A stretch of DNA of 64,000 nucleotides from Scenedesmus sp. PABB004 (lineage: Eukaryota). Location of the stretch: positions 868,001-932,000 of the forward strand of contig JABVCE010000003.1 of the NCBI GenBank assembly GCA_014905635.1, written 5' to 3'. Positions 13,036-24,370 of this stretch are shown piece by piece; position 1 is the stretch's first letter, and each line of letters opens with the position of its first letter. The position numbers and the translations under genes are program-made. A model generated the notes under the pieces. The model was not told the origin of the DNA, ran no database searches, and was given only the letters and a program-made list of their open reading frames with translations.

Positions 13036-13827
13036 TCACAGCAGGCCCGCGTCCGCGAGCCAGCGGCGCAGCAGCGCGCCGCAGCGCGCGTTCTGCTCGG
13101 CGCGCGCGGCCGCCACGGCGGCGCGCGCCGCCGCGAGCGCGCCCGCCGGCAGCGCGGCGACGCGGAACATCGCGTTGAGCGCGGCCTCGCCCGGCTCCTG
13201 GCGCAGCGCGGCGGCAGCGGGCAGCAGGCGGTAGGCTTGCAGGAACGCGCCGTCCGCGAGCAGCGGCGTGTCGGTCATGAGCGACGTTATGATCGCAGAC
13301 GTGAGCTTGCTCTCCAGGTAGGCGGCGGTCGCGATCGCCGGCACGATCGCGGCGCAGGCCGCGTTGACCGCGTAAAACTCGGGGTCGGGCGGCGTCGCGT
13401 GCAGCGACACGAGGTCGGCGACGTCGCCTGCGCGTCGCGGGCGCGGGCGCGGGCCCGGGCAGGGCGCGGCGGGGCGGGCGGCGGTGCCGTCGCGCGGGCG
13501 GGGCCGCCGCGTCGGCTGCGTCGCCGGCGGCGGCGCGCGCACCCGGCACGGTGAACCCCGGCAGCACCTCGCCGATGATGTGAAGCCGGAAGTTGGCCAG
13601 CCCGGCCGGCCCGGCCGCCGCGCGGCGGTCGCGCAGCTGCTGCCACAGCGCGCCGTAGTTTCGCAGCGCAGGGTCGGTGCTGCCGGAGATGGCAAAGCCC
13701 TGCCACTGCCCTCGGCGGCGGCCGGGGGGGGGGGGTCGGGAGGGAGGCGCGGGCGGCGGCGGCGCGTCAGAGAGGTAGCGTCTGCGCGCGTGACGGCGCC
13801 CGCGGCCGGCCCAGCCCGCGGCCGCAC

Positions 13828-13872
<45 letters not shown>

Positions 13873-14560
13873 GCCTCCAGTGCCGCCAGGCTGCGGCTGC
13901 GCCGCGTGCGGGCAGTACCGCATCACCGGGAACAGCCAGTCCACCTCCCGCTCCCCGACGCTCGGCGCGGCGTCGAGGCGGCGGCGCACGTAGTCGGCCA
14001 CGTGCGGCGCCATGCCCAGCAGCGGCGCGGGCGGGCGGCACAGCGCCGCCAGCGCGGCGAGGTCGGGGTCGGGCATGTGGCCGTTGTGCACGTAGAGCAG
14101 CGGCACCCGCGGCGACAGGTGGCCCGCGACGCGCTCCGTGAGCCCCACGTCCCACTCCGGGCTGCGCGGCGGCGGCCCGCGGCGCAGCGTCGTCGGGCGC
14201 GGCGCGCGGCGCGCGCCGCGGCAGCCCTGGGCGCGCGCCGCGGCAGCCCTGGGCGCGCGCCCGCCTGCCGCCCTGCCGCCAGCCGCCGCGCCGCGCCGCG
14301 CCGCGCCTGATGAACCAGACCAGGTCAAACGCGCCGGGCGGCGCGTCCTCGTAGCTCGCGGCGTCGCGCCAGTCGACGCCGGGCGTCTGCCGGAGCCAGT
14401 CGTCAAAGCCAAACGTGTTCTCGGTCAACACCTTTGCTGGCAGGTACACGGTGACGCGCTCGCTGCTGAGCGGCGCGAGCACCGCGATTGCGCCGGCCAC
14501 CACGTGCAGGTGGAAGGGCACCTGGTTGAACACCGCCAGCCGCAGCGGCCGCCCCGCCAT
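13036..14560 (-). CDS. Uncharacterised protein with a glycosyltransferase (GT-B)-like layout, 4 exons
   Basis: MAGRPLRLAVFNQVPFHLHVVAG..., FDLVWFISPE, LLYVHNGH, FAISGSTDPALRNY, FRLHIIG and YLESKLTSAIITSLMTDTPLLA suggest two Rossmann-like halves. The exons join in frame. Confidence 0.5.
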
Positions 14561-15026
14561 GGCGCAGCAGGAGCACCGTCGATGCGCGGTCGGGCCTGTG
14601 GGTGCGCAGGAGCCGGCCGAGCGCCGACAGGACTCGCCGACGGACGGCGAGCAGCGGCCGGCGCGGCGGTTGCGGTCGCTCGGGGCAACCGCTGCGGCCG
14701 CCCCGAGCGAGCTCGCTGCGAGCTGCTGCTGCTTCGACGGACAGAACGAACGGCGGGCCGCGGCTCGACGGCCGAGCGGCGGCCGGGAGCGAGCCCGCGG
14801 CGGTGCTCGCAGCTCACGTCCGCTGCAACTGTCGCGAGATGCGAGGAGAGGAGGAGGTGCTGTCTAGTGCACCACTCACAAGCTGGATTGCCACCAAGTT
14901 GTTGCCCAGGGTTCAGGAGACGCTGCGCCGCCGCCGCACCGCCCGCCCGGTCGTCGCGACCGAGCCCTGCCTGACCTGCCCGACGCAGACAAGTCCTGCC
15001 CCCCACACCTCCCCCGCTGCAGCCCC

Positions 15027-16767
15027 TCACGCCGCCTTCTTGGCGGCCGCTGCGGGCGCGGGCGCCTGCCCGCCGCAGTAGGAGACGGGGCCGATGTCCT
15101 CGACCCGCACCTTCTCCCACTGCACGCCGCGGCGGTGGCGCCGGCGGCGCTTGTGCTTCACGACCTTGGCCTCAACCCACGCGAGCTCCCAGAAGTGCCA
15201 GCTCCCCGCCGCGCACGCGGCGGTCGCGGCGGCCGCGAGGCGCGCGTTGGCGGCGAGCAGCGCGGCCATGGCCAGGCGCAGCTGCTCCGCGACGAGCGGG
15301 AGGTACTCGCACAGCCGCCCGCCGGGCTCGCCCGCGCGCGTGCCCGGCCGCCCGCACGCAGCGACCTGGAGCTGCGCGGCGCCGGGCGAGGGGCGAGAAG
15401 CTCGGGGGCAGCGCAGGCGGCGCTGCAGCTGGGCCCAGGCGCCGCCGCCGCAGCAGCAGCAGCGTGCAGCCAGCCACCGCACAGCGCAGCGGCCGCACCT
15501 CCGAGTCGACGCCGCTGGGGTAGCACCACGCCAGCATCGCGAGCAGCGCCGTGCCGAGGAGCACCGCCTGTGTGCCGAGCTGGCAGGCCAGCAGCGCGCG
15601 CTTCGCCCGCGCGTCGGCGGCCCACCACAGCGCACCCGCGGCGCCCAGCCCCGTGAGCGCGCCGCCCAGGGAGGCCGCGGGCAGCCAGCCTAGGACCACA
15701 ATGCCCCAGAACCGGTTGATCGAGACCATCGCCTGCAGCGACACCCAGCCGCTGTGCGCCGCGGCGGCCTGCGGGCCGGCGGCGCGCGCGCACGTGGGCT
15801 TGCAGGACGCGCGCCGCGCGGCGCTGCGTGGAGGCGCGCCGCTCGCGCCGGCAGGTGCCCCCGCACCAGCACGAGCACCAGCACGGCGCGCAGCGCCGTC
15901 CGCGCGGGCGCGGTGAAGCCCGCGCCCGCGGCCCAGGAGTTGGCGCACGACGCGAGCGACACGAGCGAGTGCACGTCCGAGTCCCTGCGGCCGCGCGACG
16001 CACGGGCGGCGCACGTGCACGGTCGGCGCGCGCGCAGGGAGGAGCGGGGCCCGCGGGGCGGGCGCGGCCGTGTGGCGCCGCACCGGCGCGGTGCGAGCAG
16101 CTGCTGCGGCGGGCGGGCGGGCAGGCGGGCTTACGGCGCGCTCACCACGCGGAGAGCTCGCTGGAGCAGATGGAGAGGCCGTCGTCGTCGTCCGAGTCGA
16201 TGATCAGGTGCTTGCCCTTCTTCTCGAACAGCCCCTCCAGCCGCGCGCGCGCCTCGGCGCGCAGCGCGGCCTTCTTCTCCTGGCGGCGCGCGCGCGGCGG
16301 CGCGTCGGGCCCGGCGCCCGGCGCCGCCCGCCAGTATGCACCGTCCCCACCTGGAACTCCTCCTCGGACCGGATCTGGTTCTGGTAGAACCACGCCACCT
16401 GCGCCGGCGCCGTGCGCAGGGTGGCTGCTGCTGCTTCTCCGCCGCGCGGCCTACCCCGCGCCCCGCGTGGCTTGCCCACCCACCGGGTCCTTGGCGTACT
16501 CGAACCGGTCGTCCTTCTTGCGGCTCGCCTGCGCCGCAGCGGGCAGGCGGTGGCGATCGGCGAACGCTTCCCGCCAAACCAAACCGCCGCCCGCTCCTGC
16601 CCGTTCCTGCCCCGCCCGCGCCGCGAGCAGCTCACGGCGAGCCCGGGGCAGCCGCCCTTGGCGTCCGGCGCCGCGCCGCGCTTCGCGGCCGCGTCGGCGG
16701 CGGGCGTGTCGTCGGGGTCGGCGTCTCCGCCGCCGCGCGCCGCGGAGAAGCCAAACGGGCACGCCAT
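15027..16767 (-). CDS. Hypothetical multi-pass membrane protein with N-terminal CP motifs
   Basis: Exons MACPFGF..., ASRKKDDRFEYAKDP, VAWFYQNQIRSEEEFQ and EKKAALR...IIDSDDDD, then hydrophobic segments (FWGIVVLGWL, AVLLGTALLAMLAWCY). Ends AAKKAA*. No family recognised. Confidence 0.55.
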
Positions 16768-16908
16768 GGCGGCCGCAGAAGCAAGTCTGGGCCGAGTCCC
16801 GGGCGGCTGAGGACTGGGGCATCGCAGGCGGGCGCAGCGAGCACGCGCGGCGGCCCGCGGCGGTTTTGCGCGCATCACACGGACGTTCCACACATCGATG
16901 ATGCTGTT

Positions 16909-16913
16909 TTACA
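16909..16913 (-). promoter_or_regulatory. TGTAA polyadenylation signal for COX6B
   Basis: TTACA on the + strand, about 90 nt past the COX6B stop. TGTAA is the known chlorophyte signal and is rare at this GC content. Confidence 0.65.
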
Positions 16914-17004
16914 CTGCCTGCAGGCCGCACACGCTGCTGCATGCCCGCCGCCGCCGCCGCCGCCCAACCGACGAGCCGCCGCCCGGTGCTGCGCCGCGTC
17001 GTCA

Positions 17005-18235
17005 TCAATACTTGCCCATCCAGAGGCCCTGCTCGCGCAGCTCCTCCCACTCCTCCAGCTGCACGGTGCAGCAGCGGCGGCGGCGGCGGCGGCAAACGGG
17101 TCGGCTTGCGCAGCGCGGGGCGGCTCGCGCCACGCGGCGCGGCTCGCGGCTGCACGCCCGGCGCGCTCGTCGGCTCTCTCACCCATTCGGGCGGGCAGAG
17201 GCTCTGGTAGGCGCGCTTGTAGAAGGTGCAGCGCTTGTCCTCCTCGCCGCGCTCGAACTTGCACCTGCGCGCCGGCGGCGGGGCGGGGTCGGGCGGCGTG
17301 CCGGGGCGGCGCGCCGGGTCGCCGCCGCGCAGCGGCGCGCCGGCTCTGCTCCCCCTCCCTGCCCCGCCGCCGCCCGCGCCGCCGCCGCGCCGCCGCCGCC
17401 GCGCCCGCCGCCGCGCCCCGCCGCCGCCGCGCCCGCCTCACTCACTTGTAGTACTCGTTGTAGCGGATGAAGCAGTGCCGGTTCTGGTTGGTGGTCGGGA
17501 AGCGCGGGTCGTACGGCGCGGTCACGACCTCGGGCACGATCGCGCCCTCAATCTGCGCGCCGGACGCGGGGAGCGGGGCGGCGTCGGGGGCGGCGCCAGG
17601 GCGCGGCAGGGACGGGACACGGGGGCCGCCGCTGCATGCCGCCGCCGCCGCCCAGGCCGCCCCCGCTGCTGCTGCCGCCCGCCCGCTGCTGCTGCCGCCC
17701 CCGCTGCTGCCGCCGCTGCTGCGCCAGCGCCGCCGCACCTCCGAGAGCTTGTCGATAATCTCCTGCACCAGCTCATTCTTCACCTCCTCCACCTCCGCCT
17801 CGGACAGCTGCGCGGCGGGCCGGCGCGGCGTGGGCGCGGGCAGCTGCGTGCCGATGATCTCGCCGCGCCTCCCTGCCCCCGATCTCGCCCCCCGCGCGTC
17901 ACCCGTGCGCGCCCCGGCTGCGCCCCAGCCCCGTGCGCACCCCCGAGCCCCGCGGTGCCGCGCCGCGGCGCGCCCGGGGCCAGCCCGGGGCCGCATTGCG
18001 CCAGCGCTGCACGCGCCTGCTTCGGCATTGCGGGCTCCGGCGCCGCAGCGGGCGGCTCGGCCTGCTGCTCGGGCTGCGCCTCCTCCTGGGCCGGCGGGGC
18101 GACGACGCCCTCCGGCTCCGCGGGCGCGGGCGGCTCGGCCTGCTGCTCCTCGAGGGCCGGCGCGGGGGCCGGCGCTGCGTCCGCTGCGACGACGGGCTCG
18201 GGCTCTTCAGCGCGCGCAGACAGCCAACGCAGCAT
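17005..18235 (-). CDS. COX6B: Cytochrome c oxidase subunit 6B with acidic N-terminal extension, 5 exons
   Basis: TAPYDPRFPTTNQNRHCFIRYNEYYK|CKFERGEEDKRCTFYKRAYQSLCPPEW|LEEWEELREQGLWMGKY*, the canonical four-Cys COX6B/Cox12 signature. Confidence 0.95.
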
Positions 18236-18352
18236 GGCGGGGGCGCGGGAGCTCTGGCCGCCGCGGCGCGTGCGTCGCCGCTGCTGCCGGCGGCGACGCA
18301 CGAGCGGCTGAAGGGTTCGCCGCGACGCCGACCGCAACAACCGCGCCGCCGC

Positions 18353-20215
18353 TCACTCCAGCCCCGCGAACTCGTCCTCCTCCTCCTCCTCGCCGCCGCC
18401 GCCGCCGCCGTCGACGTCCATCGCCACCGCCGCCGCCGGCGGCTCCCCCGGCCCGCCCTCGGCGGCGCCGGGCTCGGCCTTGGCGGCGCCGGGCTCGGCC
18501 TTGGCGGCGCCGGGCTCGGCCTTGACGGCGCCGGGCTCGGCCTTGACGGCGCCGTGCTCGGCCACGTACGCGGCCGCCGCGTCGGCGCCCACGCCCGCGC
18601 CGGGCGCCTCGGCGTCGCTGATCGGCGCGACGCTGGCGGCGAGCAGCGACGCCCAGAACTCGCCCTTGGCCGGATGGCCCTGCGCGCGGCGCGGCACGGC
18701 GCGGGGGGCGGCTCGACGGGCGTGCACCGGCCGAGCCGCGGCGCGCCGCCCGCCGTGCCTTGTACGCGGCGCGCAGCGCGTCCAGGTAGGCGTTGAACCG
18801 CGGCGCCCGGCCGCGCGCCACCGCCGCGGCGCGCAGCGCCGTCGCGGCCTCGGTCGCGTTGCGGAACTGCCGGCTGCCCGTGGAGCGGTCGACCAGCAGC
18901 CGGATGACGCCCTGCACGCGCGCGCGGGGGCACGGGCAGGCCGGGGTCTCCGGGGTCTGCTCCGCGGCGCGCCGCCGCGCCGCGCCGCGCCGCGCCGCGC
19001 CGTGCGCGCTGCGCTGCCGCGGCGCCGCGCCTCCATGCCGTCAAAGGCCCCGTCCACGTTGCCGTGGTCCAGCAGCGCGGTGAAGGTCGCGACCGGCTGC
19101 TGCTCGTCCACCGCCGCCACCAGCCGCGCGCCGCCCTCGTCCAGCACCACCGCGCCCGCGGCCCCGCAGCGGCGCAGCCACCGCCCGCCGCCTCTGCGGC
19201 GGCGCTGCTGCCGGCGCCGGCGCCGGCGGCGGCCGCGGCCGCGGCCGCGGGCGGCACGTACTCCTGCGGCGCGCGGCGCGTGGGCGCGTGCGGCGCATGG
19301 GCGCGTGCGGCGCCGCGCCGGCAGCGCGGGTCGGGACCAGCCCCCGCGTGCGCGGCCGCCCCCCAGCCCCCCCCTTCCCTCGCCCCGCGCCCCCCCCCCC
19401 CCCCCCCCACCACGATGTTGAACAGCCGCGGCAGCGCCTCCAGCGCGTCGCGCGCGCGCGCCGCGGCAGCGCCTCAAGCGGCGCCTGGTCCAGCAGCGCC
19501 GCCGCGTACGGGTCCTCGCTGGCGAGCGGGACCTGCGCGGGAGGGGCGGCGCGGCGCGCGGGGAGGGGCGGCGCGCGGGGCGGCGGCTGCGCGCCAGCAG
19601 GCGCTGCTGCGCGAGCGGGGCGGCGGCGGCGGCGCGCTGCGACACAAGCACTTGCAGTGCGCGCGCGCAAGCAAACACGCACACACGCACACACCTCAAA
19701 GTGCTCGTCCAGGGCCTTCTGGCCCAGCACCCAGTAGAAGCGCTGCAGCAGGGGGTTGAGCGAGCGCTCGGGCGCGAGCGCCTCGTGCGCCGGCCCCGGC
19801 GCGAGCTGCGTGCCGCGCTGGCTCGCGCCGGGCGGCGGCGCCGCGCGGCGCGAGCCGCAGGCTGGCCACCAGCTGCAGCATCGCCTTGTCCTGCTCCGGC
19901 GTGGGCGCCAGCTGCGGCGCGCGGCGCGGCCGGTCAGCCCTCCCGCGCCTCCCGCGCCTCCCGCGCCTCCCGCGCCGCGTCCCCCCCCCTGGCTCACGTG
20001 CGCCTTGGCGGGGTCGCCGCGGAAGGCCTTGAAGTCCCGGAACTTGAGCCCCCGCAGGTCGTCCTTGAACGGCAGGCGGTTCAGCACGAGCGCGTCCTGC
20101 TGGTCCAGGCTCGCCGCGGGCGCGGGCAGCGGCGTGCCGGCGGCGAGGTGGACGCCGCTGCCGCGGCCGCCCGGCGACACGCGGATGACTGCGCGCGCGC
20201 GCGCGCGGCGACGCT

Positions 20216-20246
<31 letters not shown>

Positions 20247-22589
20247 CGGCCGGCGGCGGACGCGGCGGCGGCGGCGGCACGCACTCGCGACCTTGTTGGT
20301 GCGCTGCAGCGCCTGCACGATCGCCGACAGCGCGCGCGCGTCGTCGGGCGAGCGGGCGAGCAGCAACGACGCCTCCTCCATGTAGTGCCTGCGGCGCGCC
20401 GCGGGCGCCGCGCCGGCCGGCCGGCCGCGGCGCTGGCCGGCGGCGCTGCGGCGCGCGGCGCCGCCGCCGCCGCCACGCGCGCGCGCGCCCGCACCAGCGC
20501 GGCACGTTGGCCCTGTCGGTGAAGCCCACCAGCTCGAAGGCCTTCTCCGGCGCGTAGGTCAGCAGCGGCTCGTCGGAGCTCTTCACCGGCACGATCTGCC
20601 CCCCGTACCTGCGCGGCCGCGGCGCCCGGGCGGGTGGGCAGCTCGCGGCGGCACGCGCGGCGGCGGCGCGGCGGCGCCCGCCCCCCGCCCGGCCCGGGCG
20701 GCGCGGCGGGCGCGGCGCGGCGCGCACGGGAAGCCCTTGGCGCGGTCGGCCGGCTCCAGCACACGGTCGGGGTCGTTTGGGTCCCGGTACTCCGTCTCCC
20801 GCGTCACCAGGCCTGGCGGCGCGGGCGGCGCCGGCAGCAGCACGGAGCGGCCGCGTCGCACGCCCCCGGCGTGCGCCGCGGCCCCGGCGGCGGCGGCGCG
20901 GCCGCGCGCGCACCCGTGCCGCCGGCCGCGGTGGGCGGGTGGAAGAACTTGAGGGAGGGCAGGTGCTCGCGCTTGACCTTCTTGTACAGCTGCACCTGCG
21001 CAGGCGCCGCGGCGGGCGTGGGCGGGCGGCCGGGCGCGGCGCGCCCCGCGCGGCGCTCACGCCGCTCTCGCCGCGGCGCCGCGCGGCGCGCGCGGCCGCG
21101 CGGGTGCACGCGCCACGATGAGGACGCTGGTGCCGATGGTGAGGCTCTGGATCGTGCCCACGGGCGCGGTGTCCTTGGTGGGCCACAGCGCCGACATCGC
21201 CGCCGCGTTGGGCAGCGCCTCGTATCGCCCGTCGACCTGCGCGTGCACGCGCCGGCGAGGGGCGGCGGGCGCGGCGGCACGGCGCGGTGTGGCGCGGTGT
21301 GGCGCGGCGCGTGCGGCGCGTGCGCGGGCCGCGGGGGTGCGGCCGCCGTGACCCGTCGAGGGCCGCGGCGCGCGCCTGCGCCAGCAGGTCGTGCAGGCCC
21401 GCGAGGTTGGCGTCGCGCGCGGCGCCCGCCTCGGGCGAGCGCGGCGGCGCGCCGTCGCCGGCGCAGTAGACCTCCAGAGTCAGGCCGTCGGCCGCGAGGC
21501 TCTGTGACAGCGCGACCGCCGTGACGGCGTCCAGCTCCTCCACCTGCGCCACAGGCGGCCGCCGCGGCGCGGCGGCGGGCGTCACGGCGCGGCGGCGGCA
21601 GAGGCGCGCACGCGCGTGCGCGTGGCCCCGGGCCCGCGGGGCCGGGCGCGGGGCGCGGCGCTGCGCTGCACAGGGCGCACGTCGGTGTCGAACGACCCAA
21701 TCAGCAGCAGGCGCTTGGGGCCGCGGAACGCGCTGCTGCGCGCCGCGATGGCCTTGCGCATCAGGTCCGCGGCGACCATCAGCGCGCTCACGTGGTCGCT
21801 GCGCCCGCGCTCCTCGCCTGCGGTGCGCGCGCGCCGCGGCGGGCTCGGCGGCGCGCTCGCCCGCCCCGGGCGCCGCGGCGCACGCCGCCGGGCCCCGCGC
21901 CGGGCCGCACACTCGAGCGCCGAGATGGTGCGCAGGCAGGAGATGTCGGGGCAGCTCAGCTCGACCGCGACACTGATGTGGGCGTACTGGTCGTCGTCCG
22001 GCTGGTCCGCCGCCACCTCCACCGCGACCGTGTTGTTGGTGCCTGGCGCGGCGCGGACCGGCGCGGGCGTGGCGCGGCGTGCGCGGGCCTGGCGTGGCGC
22101 GCGCGGGCACTGGGGCGGCGCCGCGCTGGGCGCGCGCGCACCGGTGGTGCCGTAGAGGATCAGGGCCAGCTCGTGCGTGGGGTGGTTGAGCAGCTGGCGG
22201 CGGCGGGAGCAGCGGCGGGGGGGGGGGGGGGGGAGGGGCGCGCGCGCTGAGCCGCGCAGCGCCGGCGGCGGGGGCGCCCAGCCGCCGCCGCCTGGCAGGG
22301 CGCAGGCAGGGCAGGCCCTGCAGCAGGGCCGCGCTGCTGGGGCGCGTGCGCGCGCGCCCGCGCCCGCGTCGCCGCTGCGCGGCGCCGCACCCGCGTCTGC
22401 GCCAACACGAACAGCGCCCTGCGCAGCGCCGGCAGGTGCGGCGCCATGTGCGGGCCCACATCCAGCGCCACCACGACGGCCTCCTGCGCGCGTGCGGCGC
22501 GCGGGCGGCAGCGCCGCTGTTGCCGCGCGGGCGGCAGCGCGCAGCGCCGCCCCCGCGGCCGCGACGCGGCGCGCCTTCTTGGCCGCCAT
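18353..22589 (-). CDS. KU80: Ku80 DNA end-binding subunit (NHEJ), multi-exon
   Basis: vWA start MAAKK|EAVVVALDVG, ELALILYGT, KRLLLIGSF. Core YGGQIVP...FELVGFTDRANVPRHY, LVLNRLPFKDDLR, NPLLQRFY. A Ku80-type C-terminal helical domain and acidic tail follow. Confidence 0.9.
18461..18553 (-). repeat. 21-bp coding tandem repeat, 4 or more copies (GA[V/A]KAEP) in the Ku80 tail
   Basis: ggcgccgggctcggccttg(g/a)c repeated; translates AVKAEPGAVKAEPGAAKAEPGAAKAEPG. Confidence 0.9.
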
Positions 22590-22753
22590 GGTGCCTGCTG
22601 CTGTCGCGGGGAGCGGGGGAAGGGACGTTCATTGGGCTGCGCCAGCGGCGTGCACGGTTCGCCGGCGTGACAAGCAGCAGCGGCTGGGACGACGCGCGCC
22701 GCCGCTGCCGGCACGCCCCAGTCCGGTGCTCCGCCGCCGCAGCAGCTGGCGCC

Positions 22754-24084
22754 ATGGCCTCACTCACAGCCAGCGCCCTGCGCGGGGCGGTGCCGGCCGG
22801 CGCGTGTCGGCCGAGCCGGCCGGCGCTGGGGCCGCAGCAGCCGCCCCGCGGCCCGCCGGCGCGCCCGCAGCTGGCGCACGTCGGCCTCCACCGGCCAGCC
22901 TGGGCGCCGCGGCCCGGCGGGCGGCGCCAGAGGCCGAGCGCAGCGTGGGTGGCGCCGCAGCAGCGCCCCGCGCGCGCTCTCCTCGCCGCGCCGCGCCCGC
23001 GGCTCAGCCGCGACGCCCTGCTCGCAGGCGTGGCGGCGTCGAGCGCGGCCACCGACCTGCTGGAGCTGACGGAGGAGAACGTCGAAAAGGTGCTGGACGA
23101 GGTGAGCCCCCGCGGCCCCAGCGCGCCCCCAGCGGCGCCACGCACCCTCCCCGGACGCCCGGCCGCCCGGGGCCGCGCGCAGCGTGCGCCGGCCCCACGG
23201 CGCCGCAGCGCGCGCCGGAGCAGCGGCGCCGCCGCCGCCGCGCGCGCGCCGCCGCGCGCGTGTGCGAGCGCCGCCCGGCCTCCGCGCGCCGGCAGGTGCG
23301 GCCGTACCTCATGGCCGACGGCGGCAACGTGGAGTTTGTGGAGATTGACGGCCTCGTGGTGAAGCTGAAACTCGCGGGCGCGTGCGGCTCGTGCCCGAGC
23401 AGCCTGACCACGATGACGATGGGCATCAAGCGCCGCCTCATGGAAAAGATCCCAGTGAGCCGGCGGGGGTGGAGGGGCAGAGGCAGGGGCAGGGTGGGGG
23501 GGGGGGCAGGAGAGGGCAGGGCAGGGCAGGGGCCTGGCGCGGCGGCAGGGCAGCGGCGCCGCGGCGGCGGGCGGTGGCCGGCGGGGCCGAGCGGCCCTCG
23601 GCCGCGACCTCGGCCCACGCGGCCGCGGCGGGGCGCGCGCGCAGGAGATCCTGGAGGTGGAGCAGGTCATGGAGGAGAGCAGCGGCATGGAGCTGACCGC
23701 GGAGAACGTGGACCAGGTGACGCCGCGCGCGGCCGGGCCGGCACGCGGTGCAGCGCAGCCCGCCGCAGCCCGCCGCAGCCGCAGCCGCAGCAGAGCAGCC
23801 CGGCGGGCGCGCCGCCGCGCTCTCTGTCCGGCCGGCGGCCGCCCCCGCACGCTCACGCTTACGTGCATGTGCGCACGCGTTGCCGGCGCGCCCAGGTGCT
23901 GGGCGAGATCCGGCCCTACCTGGTCGGCACGGGCGGCGGCGAGCTGCTGCTGGACAGCCTGGACGGCCCGATCGTCAAGGTCAAGATCACCGGCCCCGCC
24001 GCCAACGTCATGACCGTGCGCGTCGCCGTCACGCAGAAGCTGCGGGAGAAGATCCCGTCGATCGCCGCGGTGCAGCTGCTGTGA
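22754..24084 (+). CDS. NFU: Plastid NifU-like Fe-S cluster carrier (NFU2/NFU3 type, two NifU domains)
   Basis: Transit peptide, then LELTEENVEKVLDE|VRPYLMADGGNV...GACGSCPSS (CxxC). A degenerate second domain follows: EIRPYLVGTGGG...QKLREKIPSIAAVQLL*. Confidence 0.95.
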
Positions 24085-24365
24085 GCGCCGCCGCGAGCGC
24101 TGCCGCGAGCGCCGAGGGGTGCGGCGGCGCGGCAGGATGTGCGGTGTGTCGTCGTTTGAGGCCGCGCGTGTATTGGCTGCGCATGCGGCCGCGCGGCGGC
24201 GGCTGCCGCGCGGCCGCGCGGCGCATTGACCTCGGGCGTGCCGAGTGGGTTGACAGCACTGCGCACTGTGCACTGACGGTGGTTGCCGAGACTTCAGAGA
24301 GAGAGAGACGGGGAGAGAGGCGCGCGGCGGCGAGAAGCGGGGAACCTCGGGCGCGCGCGCGGGCT

Positions 24366-24370
24366 TGTAA
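24366..24370 (+). promoter_or_regulatory. TGTAA polyadenylation signal for NFU
   Basis: TGTAA about 280 nt downstream of the NFU stop and before the next ATG. Confidence 0.65.

Noticed and set aside
18017..18235. Acidic N-terminal extension of COX6B as a novelty
   Set aside because: Long acidic extensions are already known in plant and green-algal COX6B isoforms.
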